Source: Bifidobacterium longum subsp. longum JCM 1217 (GTDB taxonomy: Bacteria; Actinomycetota; Actinomycetes; Actinomycetales; Bifidobacteriaceae). Taken from it: DNA of 32,000 nt. Positions 30,823-32,000 of this stretch are shown in pieces. Numbering within the stretch: the first letter of the stretch is position 1; every line of letters starts with the position of its first letter. The notes under the pieces are model-generated. The model searched no databases, was not told the origin of the DNA, and worked only from the letters and a program-made list of their open reading frames with translations. The stretch is from NCBI RefSeq assembly GCF_000196555.1, contig NC_015067.1, positions 900,001 to 932,000 on the forward strand, written 5' to 3'. Position numbers and translations under genes: made by a program.

Positions 30823-32000
30823 ATGCTGCGTTGGCAGACGGCAGGGGAGTCTCACGGAGAAGCATTGGTGGCCATGATTGAAGGGTTGCCGGCCGGCGTG
30901 CGTATTAGCACGGACGATATCGTTTCCGCACTGGCACGCCGTCGACTTGGATATGGTCGCGGTGCCCGCATGAAGTTCGAGCAAGACAAGGTCCGTCTGC
31001 TGACCGGTGTACGCCACGGCCTGACCCTCGGCTCGCCGGTGGCCATCGAAATCGCCAACACCGAATGGCCGAAGTGGACCGAGGTCATGAGCGCCGATGC
31101 ACTCGACCATGACCTGCCGCGCGAAGGCCGCAATGCGCCGCTGAGCCGCCCGCGCCCGGGCCACGCCGATCTGACCGGCATGCGCAAGTATGGTTTTGAC
31201 GACGCCCGCCCGGTACTGGAGCGCTCCAGCGCCCGTGAGACCGCCTCCCGTGTGGCTTTGGGCGAGGTGGCCAAGCAGTTCTTGGATCAGGCGTTCGGCA
31301 TCCGCACCGTAGCCCACGTGGTGGCGCTTGGTGGCGTGCAGACCAACCCCGACCTGCCTCTGCCCACCCCCGACGATCTGGAAGCGCTTGATGCCTCGCC
31401 TGTCCGTACGCTGGACAAAGAGGCCGAAGCCCGCATCATCGAACGCATCAACGAGGCCAAGAAGGCCTCCGATACGTTGGGCGGCGTGATTGAAGTGCTG
31501 GCTTACGGTGTGCCTGCCGGCATCGGCACGTATGTGGAGTCCGACCGCCGACTGGACGCGGCTCTGGCCTCCGCGATCATGGGCATTCAGGCGTTCAAGG
31601 GTGTGGAGATCGGCGACGGCTTCCTGGAAGCCTCCCGCCCCGGTTCGCAGGCGCACGATGAGATCGTGGTCAACGCCGACGGCCGTATCGACCGTCTGTC
31701 CAACCGCGCAGGCGGCATTGAAGGCGGTATGTCCAATGGCCAGGTGATTCGCGTACGCGGTGCCATGAAGCCGATTCCGTCCATCCCCAAGGCCCTGCGT
31801 ACGGTCGACGTGCTGACCGGCGAATCCGCACAAGCCATCAACCAGCGTTCCGACAGCACCGCCGTGCCTGCGGCATCCGTGGTGGCCGAGGCCATGGTGC
31901 GTCTGACTTTGGCGAAGTACGCGCTGGATAAGTTCGGTGGAGACAGTGTTGCCGAAACACGGCGCAACCTTGAGTCGTATCTCGCCTCGTGGCCGGAGCA
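30823..32000 (+). CDS. aroC: Chorismate synthase (3' end runs off the window)
   Basis: Not in the ORF track because no stop falls in the window. My translation from ATG 30823 (SD GAGGGA) is [26 protein letters not shown]...[15 protein letters not shown]...[17 protein letters not shown]...[13 protein letters not shown], the canonical AroC signatures. Frame 1 stays open to 32000. Confidence 0.95.
   Translation, partial: MLRWQTAGESHGEALVAMIEGLPAGVRISTDDIVSALARRRLGYGRGARMKFEQDKVRLLTGVRHGLTLGSPVAIEIANTEWPKWTEVMSADALDHDLPREGRNAPLSRPRPGHADLTGMRKYGFDDARPVLERSSARETASRVALGEVAKQFLDQAFGIRTVAHVVALGGVQTNPDLPLPTPDDLEALDASPVRTLDKEAEARIIERINEAKKASDTLGGVIEVLAYGVPAGIGTYVESDRRLDAALASAIMGIQAFKGVEIGDGFLEASRPGSQAHDEIVVNADGRIDRLSNRAGGIEGGMSNGQVIRVRGAMKPIPSIPKALRTVDVLTGESAQAINQRSDSTAVPAASVVAEAMVRLTLAKYALDKFGGDSVAETRRNLESYLASWPE

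Noticed and set aside
30769-31833. A 354-aa minus-strand ORF
   Set aside because: It is antisense to the plus-strand chorismate synthase reading frame, which the ORF track omits because it has no stop in the window. The aroC translation shows canonical motifs and the antisense product does not.
1-32000. Scanned for tRNA/rRNA/tmRNA/RNase P signatures, CRISPR-like spaced repeats, and transposase, integrase or phage genes
   Set aside because: I found no GTTCGAATC-type T-arms, no regularly spaced direct repeats and no recombinase-like ORFs. A by-eye scan cannot exclude small ncRNAs.

Overview
The window is high-GC (about 60%) actinobacterial chromosome. Gene content and synteny look Bifidobacterium-like, which is an inference because no database search was possible. 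It is densely coding and mostly core or housekeeping.

Genes in order:
- pit (5' partial) and a DUF47/PhoU-like gene
- a NarL-type two-component system, divergent from a three-gene ABC-2 exporter
- an orphan AlbA_2/Schlafen-type ATP-binding regulator
- pncA-like amidase, a VOC/glyoxalase, an SLT-like membrane-anchored protein and an alpha/beta hydrolase
- a DUF2975 remnant with a YozG-type HTH gene
- the xpt-pbuX purine salvage operon
- pcrA
- a DUF4418 + FtsX/MacB-type permease + ATPase module
- rpsD
- an OatA-like acyltransferase-SGNH protein and a histidine phosphatase
- a DUF948 pair, alaS-ruvX-mltG, an A24 prepilin-type peptidase, and aroC (3' partial)

I saw no rRNA, tRNA, CRISPR array, IS/transposase, integrase or prophage genes.

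No clear-cut novel multi-gene system stands out. The best second-look candidates are:
1. The uncharacterised DUF4418-ABC triad, whose ATPase carries two unusual insertions.
2. The stand-alone Schlafen/AlbA_2-HATPase_c_4-wHTH gene, butted 4 nt from a convergent gene.
3. A structured intergenic repeat family (two full units and one half unit) with compensatory stem changes.
4. An S/G/R/Y-only tandem-repeat linker inside PcrA.
5. A decayed DUF2975 gene with a clean promoter/operator upstream.
6. An unlisted small ORF and direct repeats in the TCS/ABC-2 divergent control region.

All domain calls come from motif recognition by eye and need HMM/BLAST confirmation. Start codons were refined by Shine-Dalgarno inspection.
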